This document shows, piece after piece, positions 1 through 9,722 of a stretch of DNA of 64,000 bases. A model generated the notes under the pieces. The model was not told the DNA's origin. It was given only the letters and a program-made list of their open reading frames with translations, and ran no database searches. The position numbers and the translations under genes are program-made. How positions within the stretch are numbered: the first letter of the stretch is position 1; each line of letters opens with the position of its first letter. Origin of the DNA: an uncultured Acidobacteriota bacterium (GTDB taxonomy: Bacteria; Acidobacteriota; Blastocatellia; RBC074); contig CAWCKY010000001.1 in the NCBI GenBank assembly GCA_963796275.1, forward strand, positions 800,001-864,000, in the 5' to 3' direction.

Positions 1-691
1 GACATCGCGCCGACGACTGATCGAGTTGGCGGCCTTCTATCGCGTGCCGATTATCGAAGACGACATCTACGGCGAACTGCGTTACGACGGCGTTGCCGTG
101 CCGTCCCTCAAATCCTTGGATGAATACGGGCTGGTGATATACATCAACAGCTTCTCAAAAATCGGGTTCCCGGGCCTGCGCGTCGGCTGGATCGTTGCTC
201 CGCGGATAGTGATCGATCACCTGAACGCAGCGAAACAGCGAACCGATTTGCACGCCAGTTTGCTTTCGCAAGCCGTCATCTCCGATTTCGCCCGGCAGGG
301 GCTACTGGCAAAGCATATCAGGAAGTGCCGGAAAGAATATGTCCAGCGACGTGATGCGATGCTTGCCGCGCTGGCGCGTTATTTCCCGAATGAAGCCGTA
401 TGGAATAAGCCGGAGGGCGGGATGGCGGTTTGGGTGAAGCTTCCGGAATCGATCAGCGCGAGCCAGATTTTGATGCAGGCAATGGAACAGAGGGTGAGCT
501 TCAGCCCGGGCGAATTTTTCTACTCCTGCACGCCGCGGCATGACACGATGCGCCTGTCATTTACGATGGCGAATTCCGCGATGATCGAAGAATCCGTCAA
601 GCGGTTGGGGGCGGTCATCAAGGCTCGTCTAATGAGCGCGAAAAAACGGCCTGAACTCAGCCGAAAGGCTGCCGTCAAGCCTTTGATGTGA
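1..691 (+). CDS. PLP-dependent aminotransferase (MocR/ARO8-like, class I/II), 5' truncated by window edge
   Basis: IIEDDIYGEL, SFSKIGFPGLRVGW and PEGGM motifs. Confidence 0.9.
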   Translation, partial: TSRRRLIELAAFYRVPIIEDDIYGELRYDGVAVPSLKSLDEYGLVIYINSFSKIGFPGLRVGWIVAPRIVIDHLNAAKQRTDLHASLLSQAVISDFARQGLLAKHIRKCRKEYVQRRDAMLAALARYFPNEAVWNKPEGGMAVWVKLPESISASQILMQAMEQRVSFSPGEFFYSCTPRHDTMRLSFTMANSAMIEESVKRLGAVIKARLMSAKKRPELSRKAAVKPLM

Positions 692-743
692 AATTTCAGG
701 CATGAAAACCTGAGACCGAAATCTGAGACTGGAAATATTTCCT

Positions 744-1574
744 ATGCAAAATCCTATGCAAATTCCTATTCTGCAGATCGACGCATTCACGCACCAGCCT
801 TTCAAGGGCAATCCCGCAGCCGTTTGCCTGCTGGATAAGCCGGAAGAGCCCGGTTGGATGCAGAAAGTGGCGATGGAGATGAACCTGTCGGAGACTGCGT
901 TTGTCGTGCCGCGCGCTGATGGCGGTTTCGATCTGCGCTGGTTTACTCCGACCATCGAGGTCCCTCTCTGCGGTCATGCGACTCTCGCGAGTTCCCATGC
1001 ATTGTGGGAGACGGGGAAGTTGGCCGCCGATGAAATCGCCCGCTTTTCCACGTTGAGCGGATGGCTGACGGCAAAGAGAACCGGGGAAACGATCGAGATG
1101 GATTTCCCGGCGATATTCAGCGAGCCGGCGGAACTGCCGCAACCACTCGCGAACGCGCTCGGCCTTGATCCCAAGGATGTCATCTGTCATCGCGCGCGCA
1201 CTAAGCAAAACGGCAACATACTGCTGCAACTGAAAGCGGAAGAGTCGGTGCGAGAGCTCAGGCCGGATTTTGAATTCCTGCGGGGACACGCCGCCTCAGG
1301 CGTGATTGTCACCGCTCGCGGCACTTCATCGACTTATGATTTCGTCTCACGCTTCTTCGCCGGTTATGCGGGGATTGACGAGGATCCCGTCACCGGTAGC
1401 GCTCACTGTATGCTCGGGCCATATTGGTCGACCAGGCTCGGCAAAACCGAAATGAGTGCCTATCAGGCTTCGGCGCGCGGAGGCGAAGTTGATGTCAGAG
1501 TGCTGGGTGACCGCATCGGGCTCGGCGGGCGTGCCGTGACGGTCTTACGAGGGAGTTTGATATACCATCGATGA
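744..1574 (+). CDS. PhzF-family isomerase/epimerase (start may be 756)
   Basis: DAFT..PFKGNPAAV, NLSETAF, EVPLCGHATLA, EDPVTGSAHC. Confidence 0.92.
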   Translation: MQNPMQIPILQIDAFTHQPFKGNPAAVCLLDKPEEPGWMQKVAMEMNLSETAFVVPRADGGFDLRWFTPTIEVPLCGHATLASSHALWETGKLAADEIARFSTLSGWLTAKRTGETIEMDFPAIFSEPAELPQPLANALGLDPKDVICHRARTKQNGNILLQLKAEESVRELRPDFEFLRGHAASGVIVTARGTSSTYDFVSRFFAGYAGIDEDPVTGSAHCMLGPYWSTRLGKTEMSAYQASARGGEVDVRVLGDRIGLGGRAVTVLRGSLIYHR

Positions 1575-2473
1575 ATCAGGCTCTGATCGTTTGGCTCATC
1601 CTCAGCGTTATCTGGGGGACGACGTGGATTTTCATCAAGCTCGGGTTGCGCGATCTTCCGCCGATAACGTTCGCGGGCGTACGGTTTCTGGTTGCCGCCG
1701 CAATTCTCTGGCTGATAGTTCTTTGGCGTCGCCCATCCCTGCCGCGAAAAAGCAGCGACTGGTTGATGATTTCCTGGACGGGCTTTATCGCTTTTGCGGT
1801 GAATTACGGATTGATCTTCTGGGGCGAACAATACATCACTTCCGGGTTGGCAGCGGTCCTGCAATCTACCATACCCGCATTCGGGCTTGTGATAGCTCAT
1901 TTTTATCTGCCCGCTGAACGCATTACGATTCAGAAGCTGGCGGGTGTCGTGCTGGGCATGGCCGGAACAGCGGTCATCTTCTATGATCAGATGACGGTCG
2001 AAGGCACCGATGCGTTTTGGGGCAGCCTGGCATTGGTCATCAGTTCATGTTGCGTCGCTTATTCGAATGTCCTCGTGAAAGCGCGCTGCCGGCATATAGA
2101 GACGGCAACCCTTGCAGCCGGACAGATGACATTCGGCCTGGTGCCGCTGCTCGTCGTGGGTGCGGTTTGGGAAGGCAATCCATTCAAATTGCAATGGACG
2201 ACGCAGGCCATGGTTTCGCTCATCTATCTGGCGCTGATCGGTTCAGCAATCGCTTTTTTCCTCTACTACTGGCTGGTTAAGAGAGTCGCGGTGACGAAGA
2301 CAATGTTGATATCACTGGTCACACCTGTGATCGCGCTGCTAATCGGGATGGTGACTCTCAGCGAAAATGTAACGTGGCGTGTTGTAATGGGTAGCACCGC
2401 GATACTGGCCGGGATTTCACTGATTGTAATAGAACGGCGTTCCCTCAACCGATGTCGTGAGGAGAAACAGTGA
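1571..2473 (+). CDS. EamA/DMT-family transporter
   Basis: About 10 TM helices; IWGTTW, two EamA repeats; ATGA overlap with previous gene. Confidence 0.9.
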   Translation: MNQALIVWLILSVIWGTTWIFIKLGLRDLPPITFAGVRFLVAAAILWLIVLWRRPSLPRKSSDWLMISWTGFIAFAVNYGLIFWGEQYITSGLAAVLQSTIPAFGLVIAHFYLPAERITIQKLAGVVLGMAGTAVIFYDQMTVEGTDAFWGSLALVISSCCVAYSNVLVKARCRHIETATLAAGQMTFGLVPLLVVGAVWEGNPFKLQWTTQAMVSLIYLALIGSAIAFFLYYWLVKRVAVTKTMLISLVTPVIALLIGMVTLSENVTWRVVMGSTAILAGISLIVIERRSLNRCREEKQ

Positions 2474-2853
2474 CAAAAGGGCAAATTGTTCCCTCCTTGC
2501 CCTTTTTCGTGACGCTCAGCATTTCAATCCGCCTCAGCTCATCTAACCTCGCATTTTCTTGTTCGTTGTCTTTTTTCGCACTTCGATGGTTATGTGCAAC
2601 ATCAACACCTACGTGCGTTTCAGTCAGCACGAATTGATGGGTATCAACAATTCTAAAACATTCATGATAGCGCTCACTGCAAATCCGATTGCTACTATCC
2701 AATCTGACTCGCGCCATTGCGCAAATATCTAGAGAAATACATGGCAACGCCTCTACCCATGATAAAAATTGTGGTTATTTAGAATAAAGAAGAGAAGACC
2801 CTACTCTATAGGGTTGGGAAGAGATTGGTTCGTGAATGTGTTTTGTTGGTATA

Positions 2854-2926
2854 TGAGGGCGGAAGGGCTCGAACCTTCGACCCAGAGATTAAGAGTCTCT
2901 TGCTCTACCAACTGAGCTACGCCCCC
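2854..2926 (-). tRNA. tRNA-Lys(CTT), CCA not encoded
   Basis: GGGGGCG TAGCTCAGTTGGTAGAGC AAGAGA CT-CTT-AA TCTCT GGGTC GAAGG TTCGAGC CCTTC CGCCCTC A: canonical cloverleaf. Confidence 0.97.
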
Positions 2927-3322
2927 TCGTTGCAATCCAATTTTGAATGAAAATCAATGATCCAATTTTGCTTGAGATGCTCGAAAACTGCCATTTCAAC
3001 GGTGTTTCCGTACTCAAAAGCTGTGACGCATTTTAGATCCGTTTGCCAGCTTAGTCAATAACAAACGAATATTTACACTGTGATAAATAGCGCTGTTTTG
3101 TATATCTCGCGATGAAGACGATTGAAATCCACCAACCATTATTAGGCGATAGGCGAGCATATCGTGTCAAAGAGAATTTTGAAGAGTCGTCCCCATCTGA
3201 TCCTTTTTGTCGACATTCCACAACATCCATAAATATTTCAACACTGCCATCGACATCACCAGAGTAGGCGGTTATGTAAAATGGGATTCTCGGTATTTGA
3301 TTTGTTTGTCAGCGAATAGTGA

Positions 3323-3584
3323 TACTATGTCACAAAAACGCCTCGATTTCTTAGGAAATCGAGAGATGTTCAACTGATATTCAAAAGATGGCGGAGCTTT
3401 TGGAGTTGCGAACTGCAACGATTGGTATCATTACAGAGTAGCTCAGAGGGGCATCCTTTCACATTACGTATGGTAGCTTGCTACCGCATTCCAAAGGCTC
3501 CGCCATCCCAGCGCGGTACACAGATCGCATATGCGAATTTCCAAGGAAATTCGAGAATTTTGTGACTCATGTGGCACAGTAGTA
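3323..3584. repeat. MITE-like/REP composite palindromic repeat, copy 1
   Basis: Ends GTCACAAAA...TTTTGTGAC; blocks 3374-3405 and 3491-3566 match the reverse complement of 44991-45291. Confidence 0.75.
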
Positions 3585-3928
3585 ATAGCGCAACGCGCAC
3601 TTTTCAATTACAAGCACAGTTTGTCACCGCGGTGGCTATACGCTAGTCCGTTCCCGGTTCTCGGTAACTTGCAGAGTGGAAAGCGGTGGCTCTTCTCCGA
3701 CTACAAATATCCAGCTGAAACTGACGCGCCTTTTCGTCCGTCTATGCAACGGGCGACCGCCTGCTTGTACTGAAGACCCAATCAACCGCGCACGTGCAAT
3801 GACAATGTGAATGGTTGCGATCCAAGTGATGTGTGACCGCGCTGTTTCGGCCGCACGGATTACTTTGAGCGTGGAATTAACGATTGAAGAGAAAGTAAAG
3901 ATTGAAGAGCGATTTAATGGAGTCCAGG

Positions 3929-5545
3929 ATGAAATTATTGTTCGCACGAATGATCCCCGCCTTATCCCTCGTCCCCTTCATTGGTTTGATTTCTTTCGCC
4001 CAGCCGCCGCAAAGAGAGCTAACGCCGGAACAGCAAGCGCAGCGCCAGGATTTGCGTGAGGCGACGCTCAAGGACCATCAGCAGATGTTGGAACAGTTAA
4101 AGATCACTTCATTGCGGCCCGGCGCTAACCCGAACGACCCGAACGCGCCTAACGCCGTCAATTACGACGAAGCGAAGGCCAATCCATATTCGAAGCTCCC
4201 CGACCCGTTGGTTTTGAAGAATGGGAAAAGAGTCACCTCGGCGAAGTTGTGGTGGAATCGGCGCCGACCCGAAATCGTCGAGGATTTCGACCGTGAAGTC
4301 TACGGGCGCGTGCCTAAGAACGTCCCGGCAGTGAAGTGGGAAGTCGTTAGCAGCGTCAACGAGACGAAATTCGGCATCCCCGTCATTACAAAGCAAATCG
4401 TCGGTCACGTGGACAATTCGTCTTACTCGGAGACCAGCGTTGATATTCAATTGACTCTGACGACGCCGGCGAATGCGCTCGGGGCGGTGCCGGTAATGAT
4501 GGAATTCGGATTCGTTTTCCCGCGTCCGCCCGCGAATACGCCGAATGCGAATCGAAGAGCATTGCCTGAACCGACATGGCAGAAGCAGTTGTTCAGCCAG
4601 GGTTGGGGCTTCGCGAGCCTCATCCCGACCAGCATCCAGGCCGATAACGGCGCAGGATTGACCAAAGGCATAATAGGCCTCGTCAACAAGGGGCAGCCCC
4701 GCCAGCCCGCTGACTGGGGGGCTTTGCGCGCGTGGGCGTGGGGAGCGAGTCGCGCGCTGGACTATTTGGAAACCGACAAGGCCGTGAATGCCAGGCAGGT
4801 TGGCATCGAAGGCTTGTCGCGGTATGGCAAGGCGGCACTCGTCACAATGGCCTACGACCAGCGCTTCGCCATCGGCTTCATTGGCTCATCAGGCGAAGGC
4901 GGCGCGAAATTGCACCGGCGTAACTTCGGCGAACTTGTAGAGAATCTCACAGGATCGGGCGAGTATCACTGGATGGCGGGGAACTTCATCAAATACGGAG
5001 GGCCGTTGACGGCTGATGACCTGCCGGTGGACGCGCACGAATTGATCGCCCTGTGCGCACCCCGGCCGACATTCATCAGCTACGGTGCTGCGGAGGGGCA
5101 AGGTGCGGAAGGTAAATGGGTGGACCAGCGGGGCAGCTTCATGGCCGCGGTCGCGGCAGGGCCGGTGTTCCGCTTGCTGGGCAAAAAAGATCTCGGGACG
5201 ACAGAAATACCAGCGATCGACATCGCACTGCTGGATGGCGATCTGGCATGGCGTCAGCACAGCGGCGGCCATACGGTCGTGCCGAATTGGCCCACGTTCC
5301 TGATCTTCGCCAGCCGTTACATCAAGGGGCTCCGCTTTCGTCAGCACCGCAAACCTCAAAGTGAAGGGAAAAGCTGGCGTTTGCGCAGCCCGTATTGGCC
5401 TTGCACGAATACGCGGATCACATCTGGGTTCTTGATCACCGGCACCGGGAGGATGATGGTCCGGGAAAACGCAACGAATAGCTTCAGAAACGCGGGCGCA
5501 CCCTGGTTCAGAGAGGGAATCTCATTGATCTACTCGCCCCTGTAA
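3929..5545 (+). CDS. Secreted carbohydrate esterase family 15 (glucuronoyl/acetylxylan esterase-like); true stop may be 5364
   Basis: Signal peptide; WGALRAWAWG, GIEGLSRYGKAA nucleophile motif, LPVDAHEL, QHSGGH. Confidence 0.85.
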   Translation: MKLLFARMIPALSLVPFIGLISFAQPPQRELTPEQQAQRQDLREATLKDHQQMLEQLKITSLRPGANPNDPNAPNAVNYDEAKANPYSKLPDPLVLKNGKRVTSAKLWWNRRRPEIVEDFDREVYGRVPKNVPAVKWEVVSSVNETKFGIPVITKQIVGHVDNSSYSETSVDIQLTLTTPANALGAVPVMMEFGFVFPRPPANTPNANRRALPEPTWQKQLFSQGWGFASLIPTSIQADNGAGLTKGIIGLVNKGQPRQPADWGALRAWAWGASRALDYLETDKAVNARQVGIEGLSRYGKAALVTMAYDQRFAIGFIGSSGEGGAKLHRRNFGELVENLTGSGEYHWMAGNFIKYGGPLTADDLPVDAHELIALCAPRPTFISYGAAEGQGAEGKWVDQRGSFMAAVAAGPVFRLLGKKDLGTTEIPAIDIALLDGDLAWRQHSGGHTVVPNWPTFLIFASRYIKGLRFRQHRKPQSEGKSWRLRSPYWPCTNTRITSGFLITGTGRMMVRENATNSFRNAGAPWFREGISLIYSPL

Positions 5546-5792
5546 TCGAAGGCGTCCTGGTGAGTCGGGATCGTGGATTCCTGAGTTGCGGATGTAGCGG
5601 AGAATCTCGTCAGAATCGCTCGAACAGAATTTCGATGACTGAAAATTGGTTTTCTTGTGTTTGTGGGCTTAACTTTTTCCCCTGATCAAATAGTACTGAT
5701 GTCGGAGAAGACTTTGGAGGAACCCGTCGACTCCGAGGTTAAGCGTCTTTTTCTCTAGCAGCGAGCTACGCCTCCATACGTCAGACGATATT

Positions 5793-6080
5793 TCAGATTC
5801 GAAGCTCTTTTACAAGCTGTGAGCGCAATTCCTGCTCGCGCAGCATCGCGTTGCGCAATAATTGTTGGTGATGCGTCACTGAACGTTCAGCTTGTACAAG
5901 TTCTTCTCGTAGCGAGCGAACCTCATTCTGAAGTTGTGAAATGTAGGCTAGCGCACGTCGCAATCGCTGCTCCGGCGCCATTTCAAAAACAGAGACATTG
6001 TTTGGCTGCTTTTCGAACTGTTTCTCAAGGAGTTCTGTTTCGGGTTCGGGTTGATTGAGTAATTGAATCGCTGCGCTCAT
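5793..6080 (-). CDS. Small coiled-coil hypothetical protein (95 aa)
   Basis: AGGAG RBS; heptad-rich helical sequence. Confidence 0.65.
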   Translation of the reverse strand: MSAAIQLLNQPEPETELLEKQFEKQPNNVSVFEMAPEQRLRRALAYISQLQNEVRSLREELVQAERSVTHHQQLLRNAMLREQELRSQLVKELRI

Positions 6081-6897
6081 TTTTGTCTATCTCCTGGTTG
6101 CTTTGCTCTATAAGTCTATCGATCTATTGAATTCATTCTTTCAGTCTATTTTGATTTCGCTTCACTCGAATCTCACCATAATTGAATGGTTTTATACCAT
6201 AAATATGACGCGACTCGTAGTGGCAATGCCTTGGAATCTCATCATCATCTATGTTAACCAACAAGCATCCCAGACAAAACAATTTGGAGGAGGAATACAG
6301 AAGGGCGACTTAGACCAGGATTGCCATAAAATTGGGGCGGCGGAGGTTTTGCCCGGCAATCAAATTTGGGCTATAACTCTTAACAAACTCTCCATCTTCT
6401 AAATATCAAATTGAGAAGCGGCGTCGCACTCTAATGTCAAGATTCTCGCAATCTCTATCGCGAAAATATCCATTGATTCATCGAATATAGTTTTTTATAT
6501 CAGGATTTACGACTTCTGATTTTGGGGCATTCGAGCCACGGCTGAATATAACACATACACCTTGAGCCGTGAAATAATTTTTGTAATGTTGATAAATTTT
6601 TTCCCTTGATTGATGGGCCAGCCCATCATCATCGCATGGAGGTCGATCTCGTTTGGAGTTCCGCGTTTACGCGGTCACCTCTCTTTTCGCATGATTGCCG
6701 ACGGACTGAGAGCGGAACTCCATGCGACGGCTCCAAACAACGGCTTAATGCGTGGTGTCAGAGTTAAGCCGCCTTAAGACGATACAACATGGCGGGCAGC
6801 AGTTGAATTTGTGTTAAGATCAATAATCAACCTTGTGGAAATACCTGTGGAAAATACCAATTGATGGAAAATACCAATAGATGGAAAGGTATGTTAA

Positions 6898-8026
6898 ATG
6901 TCGGTCAAAGTGTTGAATGGAGTAGAGGTTGCTGAAGGGATCAAGCGGGATACGGAGGCGCGAATCCGTGAACTTAACGACCTTGGAATTAAGCCGGGCC
7001 TGGCTGCGGTGCTAGTCGGCGATAATCAGGCCTCGAAGGTATATGTCGCGAGTAAGGTTAGGGCCTGTCAGGCGCTCGGACTTCATTCTGAAAGATACGA
7101 ACTATCAGCGGAAACGACGACTAGAGAGCTACTGAGGTTGGTGATTGAGCTCAATGCGCGCGATGAGGTAGATGGAATTCTCATCCAGTTGCCGCTGCCG
7201 GCGCAGATCGATACCCATCGGATCCTCGAAGCTGTCGATCCGGCCAAAGATGTTGACGGGTTTCATCCGGTAAATGTCGGCCGACTGGTGCGCGGCGTAG
7301 AGGCGCTGGTCGCCTGCACCCCCGCAGGTGTGATTGAAATGCTCGATTATTACCAGATACCCGATCGCGGGTTCTCATGCGGTTGTAATCGGAAGGAGCG
7401 ACATCGTAGGGAAACCTATGTCATTTCTTCTCCTTCATCGGAACGCCACGGTCACTATCTGTCACTCCCGGACGCGCGATTTACCGGCGATCGCGCGGCA
7501 AGCTGATATCCTGATTGCCGCTATCGGCCAGACGGCGATGATCACCGCGGATTATGTGCGGGAGGGCGCCGTCGTCGTAGACGTCGGAATGAATAAGGCC
7601 ACGACGGAAGAGGAGATCAGACGGATTTTCCCAGAAGATGCTATTCAGAAGCGATTGGAGGATCTGGAAAAACGCGGCTACACGCTGGTAGGCGATGTTG
7701 AGCCGAGAACTGTTGTCGAGCGAGCGTCCTGGTTGACCCCTGTTCCTGGCGGAGTCGGACCGCTAACTATTGCAATGCTCATGAAAAATACCGTTCGTGC
7801 GGCCGAAATGAGGAGAATCTGGGGTGACGGAGCAACTGAGCAACGAGGGCGCTTAGGGTGGGGAGGGTGGGATATAGACGGACAGGCAAATTTTAACTTC
7901 CTCATCGGCCCCGTTGTCCCGTCGCCTTGTTTCGATGGCCTCCTGTTCTCCTTCCCCCCATCGGAAGGCTATGCTCAAAATTGGACTTACAGGCGGAATT
8001 GCTACGGGCAAATCGTATGTCCTTAG
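6898..8026 (+). CDS. folD: Bifunctional methylenetetrahydrofolate dehydrogenase/cyclohydrolase FolD; frameshift near 7361, homology ends near 7815
   Basis: [28 protein letters not shown] in frame 1; [23 protein letters not shown] in frame 2. Confidence 0.93.
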
Positions 8027-8588
8027 TCTTCTGCAGGGATTAGGCTGCGAGGTGATAGACGCCGACGCCATCGCGCATCGTGTGATCGAGCCCGGTCAGC
8101 CTGCGTTCGATGAGATCCTCGATCATTTCGGAGTCGGAGTACTCGATACTGGTGGAAAGATCGATCGGTCGAAGCTGGGGGCAATCGTTTTTAATGACCG
8201 GAGCCAGCGTGCGCAACTAAACTCAATCGTACACCCGCGCGTCTTTGAAATGCAGGAGCGATGGTTTGCCGAAGTCGAAGAGCGTAATCCTGATGCCATC
8301 GCTATAGTTGACGCGGCGCTCATGATCGAGACCGGATCATATAGCCGCTACGATAAACTGATCGTGGTCCACTGCCTGCCTGATCTACAACTTCAACGAT
8401 TGATTGCTCGCAACAACCTTTCGCGGGAAGAGGCTTTGGTGCGCATCTCAGCCCAGATACCGGCTGAGGAGAAGCTGAAATTTGCGGATTTCACGGTCGA
8501 TACTTCGAACGGATTCGAAGATACACGGCTGCAAGTCATATCGCTTTACACGGAGTTGTGCCGGTTGGCCAAGCTCCGCGAGAAATAG
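7971..8588 (+). CDS. coaE: Dephospho-CoA kinase
   Basis: [13 protein letters not shown]-loop, DAD, IVHPRV. Confidence 0.95.
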   Translation: MLKIGLTGGIATGKSYVLSLLQGLGCEVIDADAIAHRVIEPGQPAFDEILDHFGVGVLDTGGKIDRSKLGAIVFNDRSQRAQLNSIVHPRVFEMQERWFAEVEERNPDAIAIVDAALMIETGSYSRYDKLIVVHCLPDLQLQRLIARNNLSREEALVRISAQIPAEEKLKFADFTVDTSNGFEDTRLQVISLYTELCRLAKLREK

Positions 8589-8597
8589 AGAGGTGGA

Positions 8598-9719
8598 ATG
8601 TCACAACAATCACTAAGGGCGACTGGCGAAGGAACGGCGAGATATAAAGACCGCTTTTCCGGTATTCTTGCTGACGGCCATTTCCGCAAGTCGCAAGGTT
8701 TATGGCACTCGTCCATCGGACTCGGCACTTATCTCGGCGGAACGGACGAGCGAACGGATGAGGCCTATCGCGCGGCGACCAAACGGGCTACCGAGTTGGG
8801 GTGCAATGTTTTTGACTCGGCGGCCAATTACCGCTGCCAGCGCAGCGAGCGCAATGTTGGTGATGCGCTCCTCGATCTCTTCTCACTGGGGAAGTTCACG
8901 CGCGATGAGGTGATCGTCGCTTCCAAGGCAGGGTTCATCGCCTTCGACACGGACCCACCGCGCAGCAGACAGGAGATGATCGATTATCTGGAAAAAACAT
9001 TCATAAACCCGGGCATCTGCCGATGGGATGACTTCGTCGACGGGAGTCATTGTATGACGCCGCCTTACCTCGCGCATGAGCTTGAACAGAGTCTGCGAAA
9101 CCTCAAGCTAGACTGTATCGATATTTATTATCTCCATAACCCTGAATCGCAACTTGCCCGGGTTCCGCGCGGAGAGTTTTACCAGAGATTAGGCCGCGCC
9201 TTCGAATTCCTGGAGACAGCGGTCGAAGCGGGAAAAATCGCAAGTTATGGGACGGCGACATGGAATGGATACCGAATATCGCCCGATAAATCAGATTACC
9301 TATCCTTGGAGGCGGTGGTAGGTGTAGCTCGTGAGGTGGCTGGCGATAGGCATCACTTCAAGGTAATTCAGCTGCCGGTCAATATAATGATGCTTGAAGC
9401 GTTCACGGACGTTAACCAGCCATTGGCTGGTAGGAACTATGCTTTTCTGGAAGCGGCCGCCGATCTTGGCATAACAGTCATGTCGAGCGCTTCAATTCTT
9501 CAATCCCGGTTGGCCTCTGGTCTGGACCCGATCATCAGGGATGGCTTGCCAGGGTTCAGGACGGATGCACAGATGGCCATTCAATTCACGCGATCGACGC
9601 CCGAACTGACGACGGCTCTGATCGGAATGAGTAACGTGTTACACGTCGAGGAAAACCTGGAGGTCGCAAAGACGCCTCCATTGACACCAGAGGATTATCT
9701 GAAGTTTTTCAAAGTGTAA
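8598..9719 (+). CDS. Aldo/keto reductase
   Basis: SSIGLGTY, FDSAANY, SLRNLKLDCIDIYYLHNPE. Confidence 0.9.
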   Translation: MSQQSLRATGEGTARYKDRFSGILADGHFRKSQGLWHSSIGLGTYLGGTDERTDEAYRAATKRATELGCNVFDSAANYRCQRSERNVGDALLDLFSLGKFTRDEVIVASKAGFIAFDTDPPRSRQEMIDYLEKTFINPGICRWDDFVDGSHCMTPPYLAHELEQSLRNLKLDCIDIYYLHNPESQLARVPRGEFYQRLGRAFEFLETAVEAGKIASYGTATWNGYRISPDKSDYLSLEAVVGVAREVAGDRHHFKVIQLPVNIMMLEAFTDVNQPLAGRNYAFLEAAADLGITVMSSASILQSRLASGLDPIIRDGLPGFRTDAQMAIQFTRSTPELTTALIGMSNVLHVEENLEVAKTPPLTPEDYLKFFKV

Positions 9720-9722
9720 CTA

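Noticed and set aside
2445-2850. AT-rich stretch and 100-aa ORF beyond the tRNA-Lys 3' end as an integrated element
   Set aside because: No integrase, no duplicated tRNA end, and no recognisable motifs in the ORF
3100-3320. Minus-strand fragment resembling PD40/TolB repeats (YSGDVDGSVEIF, LSPNNG)
   Set aside because: Too short and degenerate to call; at most a pseudogene remnant
7820-8026. C-terminal extension of FolD overlapping coaE
   Set aside because: Runs through a purine/pyrimidine palindromic intergenic repeat; probably a missing stop or a second indel
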